Shown here: positions 51,801 to 62,158 of the stretch, in pieces
Layout: every line of letters begins with the position of its first letter
Numbering within the stretch: the first letter of the stretch is position 1
NCBI RefSeq assembly: GCF_006345805.1
Contig: NC_043000.1
Span: 131,130,001 to 131,194,000 of the forward strand
DNA length: 64,000 nucleotides
Source: Octopus sinensis
Lineage: Eukaryota
Direction: 5' to 3'
Translations under genes and position numbers: made by a program
The notes under the pieces: model-generated
Told to the model about the DNA's origin: nothing
Databases searched by the model: none
The model's input: the letters and a program-made list of their open reading frames with translations, nothing else

Positions 51801-54250
51801 TTAAAAAGTAAAAAAATAAACATCAGATTATATTTGTAATATTAAATCAGATGAGCATGACTGGAATATCTTTGATTATAGCTTTGTTTAATCAGGCCTA
51901 TTTTCAATATGTGCTGGAACTTTGGGGTTTATTGACTGGCCCCAGGTAACCATCTTTTGCTTACTGAGGACCTCTTCCCATTGTTGCTGTTTTTGTAATT
52001 GTTATTTGTTGGTACTGTTGTTAATTTTGTTTTATACGGTCTGATGTACCACTCTAGCTGTGTTGTATCCTATCTTTCGGACATTCCTCTTTGTTGTTAA
52101 GCCCTAGTGACACATAAAGGAATTATCATCATCATTATTATTGAGGTGGCAAGCTGGCAGAATCGTTAGCATGCCAGGCAAAATGCTTAGCAGTATTTTG
52201 TCTGCTGCTACATTCTGAGTTCAAACTTTGCCTTTCATCCCATCATCATCATCATCATCATCATCATCATTTCCATTTCACTTCTCAGAGCTCTCAATTT
52301 TACTTGCTCCAATTAATTAAGAGCAGACAGCAACCTGTTGTCTCACAGTGTCACCCTCCACAATACCTAACACCCATCTCAAAATTCTCCTTGTTCCCAA
52401 GGAGCAGTTTTCCAAGTATGTTCTGTCCTCATGTCAATTCCACTTTCTCCGACATACTTCTCAAACCTGGTGGTTAGTACTCCCAGAGCCCCTACAACTA
52501 CTGGAATGACTGTTACTCTCTTCATTGCCTACATTCATAGTTTTTTTGTTTTTTAGTAGCTTGTATTTTACTATCTTTTCCCGCTCTTTGTCACATACAT
52601 GTATGCCCCCAGGTATGGCATATCCACAATAACAATGTCTGGTCTCTAAGCATCAACCACTGAGTCACACTGGATTGCTTGTGTTGTGTCTTCTCAAGGC
52701 CACAATGGAAATAACTACATTTTTCCCATGTAAACCAAAATAATTTCTTTGTTTTCTGTCTTCTCAAATACAGCAACAAAATCTTCCCCCACTACTACTT
52801 TTGAATTTCCTTGCTGATTCAAATCAGCTAACTCAAGACTGCAATGGAAATAGCTACATCTTCTTCATGTAAATCGAAATAATTTTTTAAAATTTCTTTT
52901 CTTATTTACTCTGTAAGAACAGCCATGTTCTATGAAATATTTAAACTAATAAATTCTGTTGTGTTCCCTTTCCCCGAGCCCCTCTCTCTCCCTGTCAGGC
53001 ATGTCTTTCTTGTTTGTTTTGTGTTTTCTCACACATAACAGCATCTTCCTTCACTGGTGATGTGTTCACCCACCCCACCCCTACCAGCTCACTTTCTTGT
53101 ATACAGCTGCACAGTTAGACACACCCTCCTCTGCCCCATCTTTCTTAATCTCTTTCCTCACGTCTTCTTCCTCGTCCTGTTACATTCGCCACCATATTCT
53201 GCTCAATACTACAGATTTGCTTGTCAATTGTTTGACCTTCGGGCATGTCCCTTCGCGGCTGATAATATATGCATCTCTGGTCACGAGCAGTAGTGGAGGA
53301 GCATCATAGCCAAGTGTTGAGAGGAATTCTTTGGAGTTTAAATAATTCATCACTGGAAATATGGATGTTTCGTTCAACAGCCTTAAACAAACCTTATTCA
53401 GGGACCTTTTGAGCAGGATGGGTTACTCAACCTGAAGAAAATTCTGACTGGGCCCCACCTGCAAGGTCATGCACTGTTTCTCTTGATATGAGATCATCTT
53501 GTCGCACACATATGGTTGTAATGCATGTGCCTGGTGTACCCTTATCAGATGGGTAATCATGATGGGTATATTAGGCTCCATATATTTGTACCCCAGTGTC
53601 ACTTTGAGGGCATGTACTGCTCTCTCACTCAATAATAATAATGATGATTATTATAGTAATATGCAACACCAGGCAGTGGCTCTCATGGCTTCGGATCTTA
53701 ACTGACTGGAGGTGTTATCATGTACATGTTTTTTTGTCTTGGTATAAAAAGATGGGCTACAGCAAATATTTTACTCAATACCACAGATTTGCTTTCCAGT
53801 TGCTTACCTTAACCAGTTGAGTATGTTCCTTAGTGGCTGACAATATGTGCATCTCTTAACATGAGCAGGAGTAGTGGGAAAGCATCATAGCCATGTATTG
53901 AGAGGAATTCTTTGGGGTTTGAAGAATTTAGCTCTGGGAACATAGGTGTTTTGTTCATCAATCTTGAACTTATTGCAGCAGTCCTTTAGTTTTTCTAAGC
54001 CCTTTAAAAAAACTTGGAAAGTTGGGTCTCCAACCCGGCCTTTTGAAATATCCTTACAGCCAGGAATTTTTCAGCACCCCCTCATACCCTTCAAAGCTAC
54101 TAAAGTGTACATCATTGATACACTAGTATCGATTCAATCAATTACACCCCTTTCACAAATTATATGACTGTGTATTTGTGTCACTAAATCCTTGTCGTTG
54201 TTTTACATTGTTATTACTTACCAAATTTTTTATTTTCCTTCTTTCCTCAG

Positions 54251-54442
54251 GTACAAATGTGCAGTAGTTACCAGCATGTTGCACCTTGGTTTAAACTGCT
54301 TATCTACCCACAACGCTCTTTAATGGACTGGTGCCGAATAAGCATTCGCAGGAACTTACGTAATTGTGTAGATGACAGCATTGAAGAGTTGGAAATTCCT
54401 TTGGAACTTAAACATTTCCTATCATTAAAAGAATTCACATGA
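54251..54442 (+). CDS. ASB-type protein, terminal coding exon (SOCS box, 63 aa plus stop)
   Basis: Polypyrimidine tract and TTTCCTCAG| acceptor (AG 54249-54250). Phase-0 frame VQMCSSYQHVAPWFKLLIYPQRSLMDWCRISIRRNLRNCVDDSIEELEIPLELKHFLSLKEFT* contains a BC-box (PQRSLMDWCRISIR) and a Cullin-box-like LEIPLELKHFL. The phase matches the 28186 donor. Confidence 0.85.
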   Translation, partial: VQMCSSYQHVAPWFKLLIYPQRSLMDWCRISIRRNLRNCVDDSIEELEIPLELKHFLSLKEFT

Positions 54443-54674
54443 TGCTAAACCCAGACCTCTTTTAATATTTCATTTTATATTCTACCTTTTGCAGTTGGTA
54501 CCATCAATGCGAAGGACTATCATTGCATTTGTCAATTCAATTTCTCTGAAGAACTGGATGCCTAAATACAACAGCCATCCTTGCTGCTACCCCAAATTCT
54601 TTCTTAATAATACCCGAAAAGCAAATTATAGTGCAAAACTGTAAAACTCACAGTATGTGTTTGTTTGTGTGTGA

Positions 54675-54717
<43 letters not shown>

Positions 54718-54951
54718 TATATATATACAGTAGCTGTTTATTTATTTTGTGATACTGAACCAAAAAGAGCTCATGATAATCTTTTGTTAGAAGTGTGTGT
54801 GTGTGTTGAGTCTGATACTCATTGATATAACAGGATTACATATACACCCTATGCCCAAACGTAAAGATTTCATGCAATCAACCAATCAACTATATTGCAT
54901 GCTTGACTGTATTCATCAATGCACTGTGAAATAAGTACATATATATGTATA

Positions 54952-55057
54952 TATCTGTAAAATAATATGTGACAATTATTCGGACAATTATTCGGCATCC
55001 GAAACTCAGAGTTTTATCTTGGCTACTGAATAATTGTCACATATTATTTTACAGATA
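54952..55057. repeat. Hairpin with 30-bp perfect arms (probable inverted Penelope-like terminus)
   Basis: 54952-54981 TATCTGTAAAATAATATGTGACAATTATTC is the reverse complement of 55028-55057. The loop carries GAAACTCAGAGTT, resembling the 3' half of a hammerhead core. Confidence 0.85.
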
Positions 55058-55143
55058 AATTTCCTCTATTTACATAATATTGAGGTCTCTTTCTTTTGTT
55101 ATCTTACCGTTTTTACCAATATATATATATATATATATATATA

Positions 55144-55347
55144 TTTATTATATAGAAGGAGCTTCTACAGGACTAGAACTGTTTCATTCAAGAGAAATCT
55201 CAGGAAGCTCCTGAAGCTTCCTGAAGATTTCTCTTGTATGAAACAGTTCTAGTCCTGTAGAAGCTCCTTCTATATATAAATTAATTTTACTCTACTATGT
55301 ATTGAGTACCTTATTTACTGTGGTTAACCCCGAATCAACCCGGGACC

Positions 55348-55350
<3 letters not shown>
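55144..55350. repeat. First copy of a tandem palindromic unit (imperfect hairpin 55144-55280 plus tail); second copy 55401-55598
   Basis: Same sequence as 55401-55598, with a small duplicated centre (GGAAGC-TCCTGAA-GCTTCC) and a few substitutions. The copies are separated by (AT)n. Confidence 0.9.
55215..55265 (+). ncRNA. Type I hammerhead-like motif in palindrome copy 1 (weaker stem II)
   Basis: Same layout as 55464-55514: AGCTTC, CTGAAGA (55221-27), TTTCTCTTGTAT, GAAACAG-TTCTAGTC-CTGTA, GAAGCT. Confidence 0.4.
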
Positions 55351-55400
<50 letters not shown>

Positions 55401-55401
<1 letters not shown>

Positions 55402-55530
55402 TTATTATATAGAAGGAGCTTCTACAGGACTAGTACTGTTTCATTCAAGAGAAATCTTCAGGAAGCTTCCTGAAGATTTCTCTTGAATGAAACAGTACTA
55501 GTCCTGTAGAAGCTCCTTCTATATAATAAA
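55401..55530. repeat. 130-bp perfect spacer-less palindrome (centre 55465/55466)
   Basis: The left arm TTTATTATATAGAAGG...CTTCAGGAAG is the exact reverse complement of the right arm CTTCCTGAAG...CTATATAATAAA, checked base by base. Confidence 0.95.
55464..55514 (+). ncRNA. Type I hammerhead-like motif in the right arm of palindrome copy 2
   Basis: Stem I AGCTTC(55464-69)/GAAGCT(55509-14), core CTGAAGA (55470-76), short stem II TTTC-TCTT-GAAT (non-canonical U-U first pair), GAA, stem III ACAG/CTGT with loop TACTAGTC, and a GUA triplet ending at 55508. Confidence 0.5.
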
Positions 55531-55595
55531 TTAATTTTACTCTGCTATGTATGAGTACCTTACTACTGTGGTTAACCCCGGATCAACCCGGGACC

Positions 55596-55630
<35 letters not shown>

Positions 55631-56309
55631 TGTACATTTAAACACATAAGAGGCATCCATCATAGGATTCCTTGCATGCTAGAGAGAACAGTTAAATACC
55701 AAACCACTATTAGGGATAAAATTTTGAAGGAATGAAAAATAAAAACATCTGATTACCCTTTGATTTTATTAATTATATATATATGTATATATATATATAT
55801 ATTTAATTATATACATATAAAATTTTATTTACCATATTGAGTACTCTCTCACTCACTTTTGTCCTTTTACACACAAAAATGTTGGTGTAAAAACACACAC
55901 ACACACACACAGACATATGTTGCTACTTTCGAAACAGTTACAAATAAAGAAATTAAGAAAAAAAAAAGTGAAAAGTCTTTCAAAATTCATATTTTTTAAG
56001 ATGGATATTTTTTTTTTATAAGATTTTAATCATTCAGAGAAGCTCTTGTTTTAAATTAAAACATAAGGTTTCATCTATTGTGATTGATTGATTAATTGAT
56101 TTGATAATTGGATTAATATTGATGACAGTCTGGAATGTTATGATGGAGATAATAAAATTTACAATAAATATATAAATAAAAACAAAAAGCAAATAAATCT
56201 TGTATAGTTGTTGTTCATTCTTTGATTTTTTTCTTTAATACGCCTTACTTCCCTAGGCATGGATGCATTGAAACTCCAACATCTGGCAGCTGACTTGGCA
56301 AACACCCAT

Positions 56310-56349
<40 letters not shown>

Positions 56350-56844
56350 CTTTACTACCCACAAGGGGCTAAACATAGAGGGGACAAACAAGGACAGACA
56401 AAGGGATTAAGTCGATTACATCGACCCCAGTGCGAAACTGGTACTTTATTTATCGACCCCGAAAGGATGAAAGGCAAAGTCAACCTCGGCGGAATTCGAA
56501 CTTGTATGTGTGTGTGTGTGTGTGTGTGTGCACGTGCTAGAAATAGCAGCTAAATATCAACCTCAAAAACAAGAAGGCATTTGAGATTACACAGGACAAT
56601 CAGCTGACAAGCTGGTAATTCAAGTCCACTGCAAGCATTCCCTTGTCTTTTACCTTTTATCTTTTTCTTTATCTCGGTCATCTGACTGCAGCCATGCTGG
56701 AGCACACCTTGAAGAATATTTAGCCAAATGAATTGAACCCAGCACTTAATGTCTTTTTTAAACCTGGTTCTTATTCTATCGGTCTCTTTTGCCAAATTAC
56801 ACACACACACACACACATACATATATATATGTGAGTGTGTGTGT

Positions 56845-57207
56845 GGCTGTGTGGTAAGTAGCTTGCTTACCAACCACATAGTTCCGGGTTCAGTCCCACT
56901 GCATGGCACCTTGGGCAAGTGTCTTCTACTATAGCCTCAGGCCAACCAAAGCCTTGTGAGTGGATTTAGTAGACAAAAACTGGAAGAAGCCCATCGTATA
57001 TATGCATATGTATATATATATGTGTGTGTGTGTTTGTCCCCTGAACATCGCTTGACAATCGATGCTGGTGTGTTTTCGTCCCTGTAACTTAGCGGTTCAA
57101 CAAAAGAGACCGCTAGAATAAGTACTAGGCTTACAAAGAATAAGTCTTGGGGTCGATTTTCTCAACTAAAGGCAATGCTCCAGCATGGCTGCAGACAAAT
57201 GACTGGA
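56845..57207 (+). mobile_element. SINE family A (partial copies also near 15290, 16230, 18560, 49988, 56650, 58935)
   Basis: Family consensus. Confidence 0.8.
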
Positions 57208-57718
57208 GCAAGTAAATGTGTTGCTGAAAATCCACTTAAATTTCAAAAACTCGTGAATGTTTAAATTACATTTATTTACATATGTACCAAACTAGTTTCA
57301 ACAATATTTTTTATTTATCACTGGTAAAAGTGTAAAAACATCGTTATAAATTTCAATGTGGACAAATCAAAATTAAATTAAAATATTTCAATGTTGATAA
57401 AATATCATGTTCAAAACAGAATGTGTAAGCTTGAAATTAAAACTGTATATTAATTTGTTAGAATGTATAAGGTTCATTAATTTCAGTGGTGGTCGACAAG
57501 TCATACTGAAAAAAAACTGTGAAAATTGAAATTACAGTTTCTCATATCTTTAAACAGTCGGTTCCACATGTAATGGTATGTTTTAGGGAAAGATGTATTT
57601 ATAAATTTTTTTCTGTGATCAGATCTTCCTTGGTCAAGCATTTCGTTCTGCTTGGTTGGTTTCTTTACAGGATACAGTTATGGGTCGTTCCAGTTGGTTG
57701 GTTTTCTTAAAGGGTCTT

Positions 57719-57817
57719 TTTGTTGTATTTGTTGAAGTTTGGTTTCGATTGGTTTGAAATTATGTGACGTCAGCAACTCCAAACCAATCGAAACCGAACT
57801 TCAACAAATACAACAAA
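57719..57817. repeat. Hairpin with 38-bp arms (1 mismatch) and a TGACGTCA in the loop
   Basis: 57719-57756 vs the reverse complement of 57780-57817; TGACGTCA at 57765-57772. Confidence 0.85.
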
Positions 57818-57894
57818 TGCACCTGTAACAAAATATGTGTCACTAAAGAATATAACAGCTGAATAAAGAAAATTTGGACTGCAGAACACCCTGC

Positions 57895-58785
57895 ATTCAA
57901 TAAAAGTGGCCTACAATGTGTTTGCAGTGCCAGTACTCATACCAACATTTGATTGGATGCTTGATGAAATCTGAGCCATTGATGTGAAAACCTGAAAAAT
58001 ACTAACAAGCACACATAATTTCCACATAAACAGTGGTGTAGACCACTTCAACCTAAAATGAAAACAAAGCAGCAGAGGCTTAACATCGATCCAGAATGCC
58101 TTTGAATGTTGTATCATATCCCTTCGGCAATATCTTTTAACCACCAAGTGTTGAAGTGCATCCCTTGACCAAGTTTGTATACATGAGGCTGATAACATCA
58201 TAAGACTTGGAAGACAGTTCCTTGAGCAACACTCCTTATCAGATAATCTAGAATATATGCCCAAAGAAGCCACACAACTCTACTGCAATGAATCATCAGA
58301 TGAAAGGACGAGCCTATATGAGCAGAAGACTAGGCATTGATATATTAGTAGAAAGCTCCGAGATAATAGTAGCATTGAGCATCAAAGCAATCTATCATGG
58401 ACCAATAGCTACCTTCCACTTTGAAGGGCATGCATTTTCAATCCAGGAACAGGAAATATCAACCAATTACCTGATGCACAAAAGGGATAGAGATGCGGGA
58501 AAAGCAGAAAAATGTGACAACCGATGCAGACTTTGTGGAGTTAACACTGAAAATATCACCCACATCATAAGCAGTTATCCAAAAATGTCATCATGGTATT
58601 ATCTACTGATGAGACATGATATAGCAGGGACACTCTATAATGAAATCCATCATAAGGAAAACCCCGAAGACAAAGAAATAAGATCCCACAGTATGGTAGA
58701 AGCCAAAGTCAGTCGTAATAAAAAGGAACACTGATGGAATGTCCCAGTGAAAACCTCAATAAAATGTAAGCACCGGATACGTTGG
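57895..58785 (+). mobile_element. Decayed R4/Dong-like (restriction-like endonuclease) non-LTR retrotransposon
   Basis: AYNVFAVPVLIP..., then EGHAFSIQEQEISTNY...CRLCGVNTENITHIISS...RHD (CCHC knuckle region). Confidence 0.7.
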
Positions 58786-58789
58786 ACAC

Positions 58790-58905
58790 CGGTTACACTG
58801 GACACCTTATTAGAATGAAGGATAGCAGAGATCCCTAAGCAAATGCTATATGGGGAACTTGTAAGTGGAAAGAGAGCCCAGGAGAAACCAAGGCTGTGAT
58901 TTAAG
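58790..58905 (+). mobile_element. RTE/BovB-like fragment (another at about 60112-60230, minus strand)
   Basis: GHLIRMKD..IPKQMLYGELVSGKRAQEKPRL; the minus-strand copy reads KWAGHAVHIEYKRTPKCLFYGEL. Confidence 0.55.
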
Positions 58906-59235
58906 GACATACACACATACATACATTCTCTTATTCATTTACTCTTTTACTTGTTTCTGTCATTTTGATCGTGACCATGCTGGAGCACCGCCTTAAAGGG
59001 TTTTACTTGAAGAAATCGACCCCAAGACTTGTTCTTTAGAAGCCCAGTAATGATTCTATTGGAATCTTTTGCGAAATTGCTAAGTTATGCAGGACATAAA
59101 CACATCAGCATCAGTTGTCAAGAGATGACAGAGGTATACATTCATTACATACTTACACACAAACACACATACACAATGATGGCAGTCAGCTCTGTAATGA
59201 TTATGATCATTGCTTGTTAATGAGCTGCAATTTAA

Positions 59236-59454
59236 CCCTTTAGTATTTAAACCGGCCATATCCTGCCAAAATATTTAATCTGTTTTATGTTCAAACTGAC
59301 CAGATCCAGGCTCTCACACCTACCCTACAATGTTATTCTACATTAAGTAATTACACCATCAAGATCTTGAAGATATGAGATAATGCACGATTAATTCAAA
59401 TCAATGGGAATCAATAAGCATTATGTTTGATAGAATAATCGGAACACTAAAGGG
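59236..59454. mobile_element. piggyBac-like TTAA MITE, family 2
   Basis: TTAA|CCCTTTAGT ... ACTAAAGGG|TTAA, with a different internal sequence. Confidence 0.75.
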
Positions 59455-60233
59455 TTAAAGATAAATTTTCAACCCTGCTCATGATTTGCTGCCTTTACTA
59501 TAACTATTATATAAATGTGTTCTGTTTGCTGGAGGCTGCCTCAAAATGGTAGTGTCACAGAGAGAGAGAGAGAGATAAAGAGAAAGAGAAAGTGAAGGAG
59601 TGTGTGTGTGTACTCAAGGGGAAAGTTTTTTTTTTCCTCTCTTGTTCTTTCTCTTTGCTTTTTTTTTCCTAGTTTTCCATATTAAGCCTCTGGTGTATTA
59701 TACAAATGTCTCAATTAAAGGCAAATACACAATCATAACAATTGGCATTGTGTACGAACATGTCTCAATAGACTTCCAATAAAGAGATAAAGTTTCAAAC
59801 ATGATTGGCAGACATTGTCTTTTTTTTCAAGAGGCAATGATCTATTTTTACCCTCATCACTAGCTTTTGTTCATGTAACATGGCTAACTAGACCAGCCTA
59901 GAAAGACAAACTCGTTTACAAGTTGATTATTGATCTTTTATAGGGTTTTCTTTCTCTCTATCTCACTTCAGTTTTGCATATCTAACAAGACTTGTTTTAT
60001 ATTGTTTGAACACATTCAGTGTATTTTTATCCCCTTTGGGCCTTTAACCTTTCACATGAATATTACCCAGTTTTTACATTGGATTTAAAAGACAGTCTTT
60101 ATCATTTAACTTCAAATTTTTGAGTGGGTATTGTCCCAAGAACATAATTCTCCATAAAACAGACACTTTGGAGTTCTTTTGTATTCTATGTGAACTGCAT
60201 GGCCTGCCCACTTTGGTCTGCTACATTGTAAGA

Positions 60234-60465
60234 GGCGGCGAGCTGGCAGAAACTTTAGCACACCGGGCGAAATGCTTAGCTGTATTTCATCTGCCACTAC
60301 ATTCTGAGTTCAAATTCCATCGAGGTCAATTTTGCCTTTCATCATTTCAGGGTTGATTAAATAAGTACCAGTTACACACTGGGATCAATATAATCGACTT
60401 AATCCATTTGTCTGTCCTTGTTTGTCCCCTCTGTGTGGAGCCCCTTGTGGACAGTAAAGAAATAA
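60234..60465 (+). mobile_element. SINE family B
   Basis: Full copy. Confidence 0.85.
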
Positions 60466-60554
60466 GAAAGCTTCTATGCATGCAATATTTGCTAGCACCA
60501 AAACTTCAATATTCCTTACATAGTCTCACCAAGATGCAAGCAAAATTTTTCAAT

Positions 60555-60922
60555 GTGGCTGTGTGGTAAGAAGTTCGCTTCCCAACCGCATGATTCTAGG
60601 TTCAGTCCAGTTGTGTGGCACCTTAGGCAAATGTCTTCTACTATTGCTCAGGGCAAACCAAAGCCTAGTGAGTGGCTTTAGTAGACTGAAACTGGAAAAA
60701 GCCCATCGTGTGTGTGTGCTCATGTGTTTTGTCCCCACTACACCACTTGACAACCAGTGTTGGTTTGTTTATATTCCCTTAACTTACCAGTTCAGAAAAA
60801 GAGCCAACAGAATACGTATCAGGCTTAAAAAAGAAAAGTACTGGAGTCGATTCATTTGACTAAAAATTCTTCAAGGTGGTGCTCTAGTATGGCCACAGTC
60901 TAATGACTGAAACAAGTAAAAG
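60555..60922 (+). mobile_element. SINE family A (diverged)
   Basis: Family consensus. Confidence 0.75.
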
Positions 60923-60981
60923 AAGACACTTTTATTTTAAATGTTCCAACCAATTAACATGTTCATGTTCCACAGCAATAT

Positions 60982-61290
60982 GTGGAGGCACATGGCCTAG
61001 TGGTTAGAGCAGCTGACTCGCAGTCGAGGGATCACGGGTTCGAATCTCAGATCGGGTGATGTGTGTGTTTTTGAGCAAAACACCTAAGCTCCATGTGGGT
61101 CCGACAGAAGGTAATGGCGAACTTCTGCTGACTCTTTCACCACAACTTACTCTCACGCTTTCCTCCTACATCTTGCAGCTCTCCTGCGATGAACCGGCAT
61201 CCCGTCCAGGTGGGGAACCTATATGCCAAGGAAACCGGGAAACCAGCCCTTATGAGCCAGGCATGGCTCGAGAAGGAACAAACAAAAAAC
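60982..61290 (+). mobile_element. SINE family D
   Basis: Homologous to 31631-31932, with an (AAC)-rich tail. Confidence 0.8.
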
Positions 61291-61929
61291 AACAGTCATA
61301 AAAATACACACAGACAAAATCATGTTTAAAAATAGATATTTTATTGTCATTTTTTAAATTTATCATTGAGACAATAATGAAGATTATCATTTTCCAAAAG
61401 ATATCCATGACTTCTGTGTTCTATTTGCAGTTTTGTCATCAAGATTTACATCCTTATTCAACATGCTGTCAAGATATTTGAGAGAAGACTTTTAAAAATG
61501 TTTACCATATACCATTATTTCTGGATTCACATGAAGCTTTTCTAGGGCAAGATTGATAAAGAACAACAGTTTTAGCAAGTGACCAATGAAATTTTATTCA
61601 TAGACATTTGAAGAATTTTTTTTCATTGTGCACTACAACACTGGACAATAATCTCCAGTGTGCAAGAGCTCTTTTATTATAAATGCTAAAGTGAGTAATT
61701 TAGGATTGTTTTAGGTTGAGTAAACTTACCAGTTGTGTAGTAGCAAAGGCCATTATTGTGGAAGCACATGGCTTAGTAGTTAGGATGTTGGTCATACGAT
61801 CACAAGATTGTGGTTTTGATTCCTTGACCAGAAACACATCATGTTCTCAAGCAAAACACTTCATTTTATGTTACTCCAGTTCACTCAGCTGACAAAAATG
61901 AGTAATCCTGTAATGGTCGATCATTCTTG

Positions 61930-62158
61930 TTTCTTATTTCCCACAAGGGGCTAAACATAGAAGGGACAAACAAGGACAGACAAAGGGATTAAGTCGATTA
62001 CATCGACCCAGTGTGTAACTGGTACTTAATTTATCGATCCCGAAAGGATGAAAGGTAAAGTCGACCTCAGCAGAATTTGAACTCAGAACGTAAAAGCAGA
62101 CTAAATACTGCTAAGCATTTTGCCAGGCGTGCTAACAATCCTGCCACCTCACCGCCTT
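61930..62158 (-). mobile_element. SINE family B (variants or partials also near 130, 35170, 36308, 52145, 56348)
   Basis: Full reverse-complement copy. Confidence 0.85.

Larger units (their letters stand above)
28187..54250 (+). other. 26,064-bp GT-AG intron of the ASB gene (inferred; small intervening exons cannot be excluded)
   Basis: GT at 28187, AG at 54249-54250, and phase-0 joining gives the canonical ANK-then-SOCS architecture. No other convincing coding exon was seen in between. Confidence 0.7.

Noticed and set aside
58288-58734. 148-aa ORF with CRLC...H as a host zinc-finger gene
   Set aside because: This is the CCHC region of a frameshifted non-LTR retrotransposon.
60982-61060. 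tRNA-like sequences at SINE heads (also 14330-14392, 31860-31932, 760-840)
   Set aside because: They have A/B boxes but no closed acceptor stem, and they run straight into multi-copy SINE bodies.
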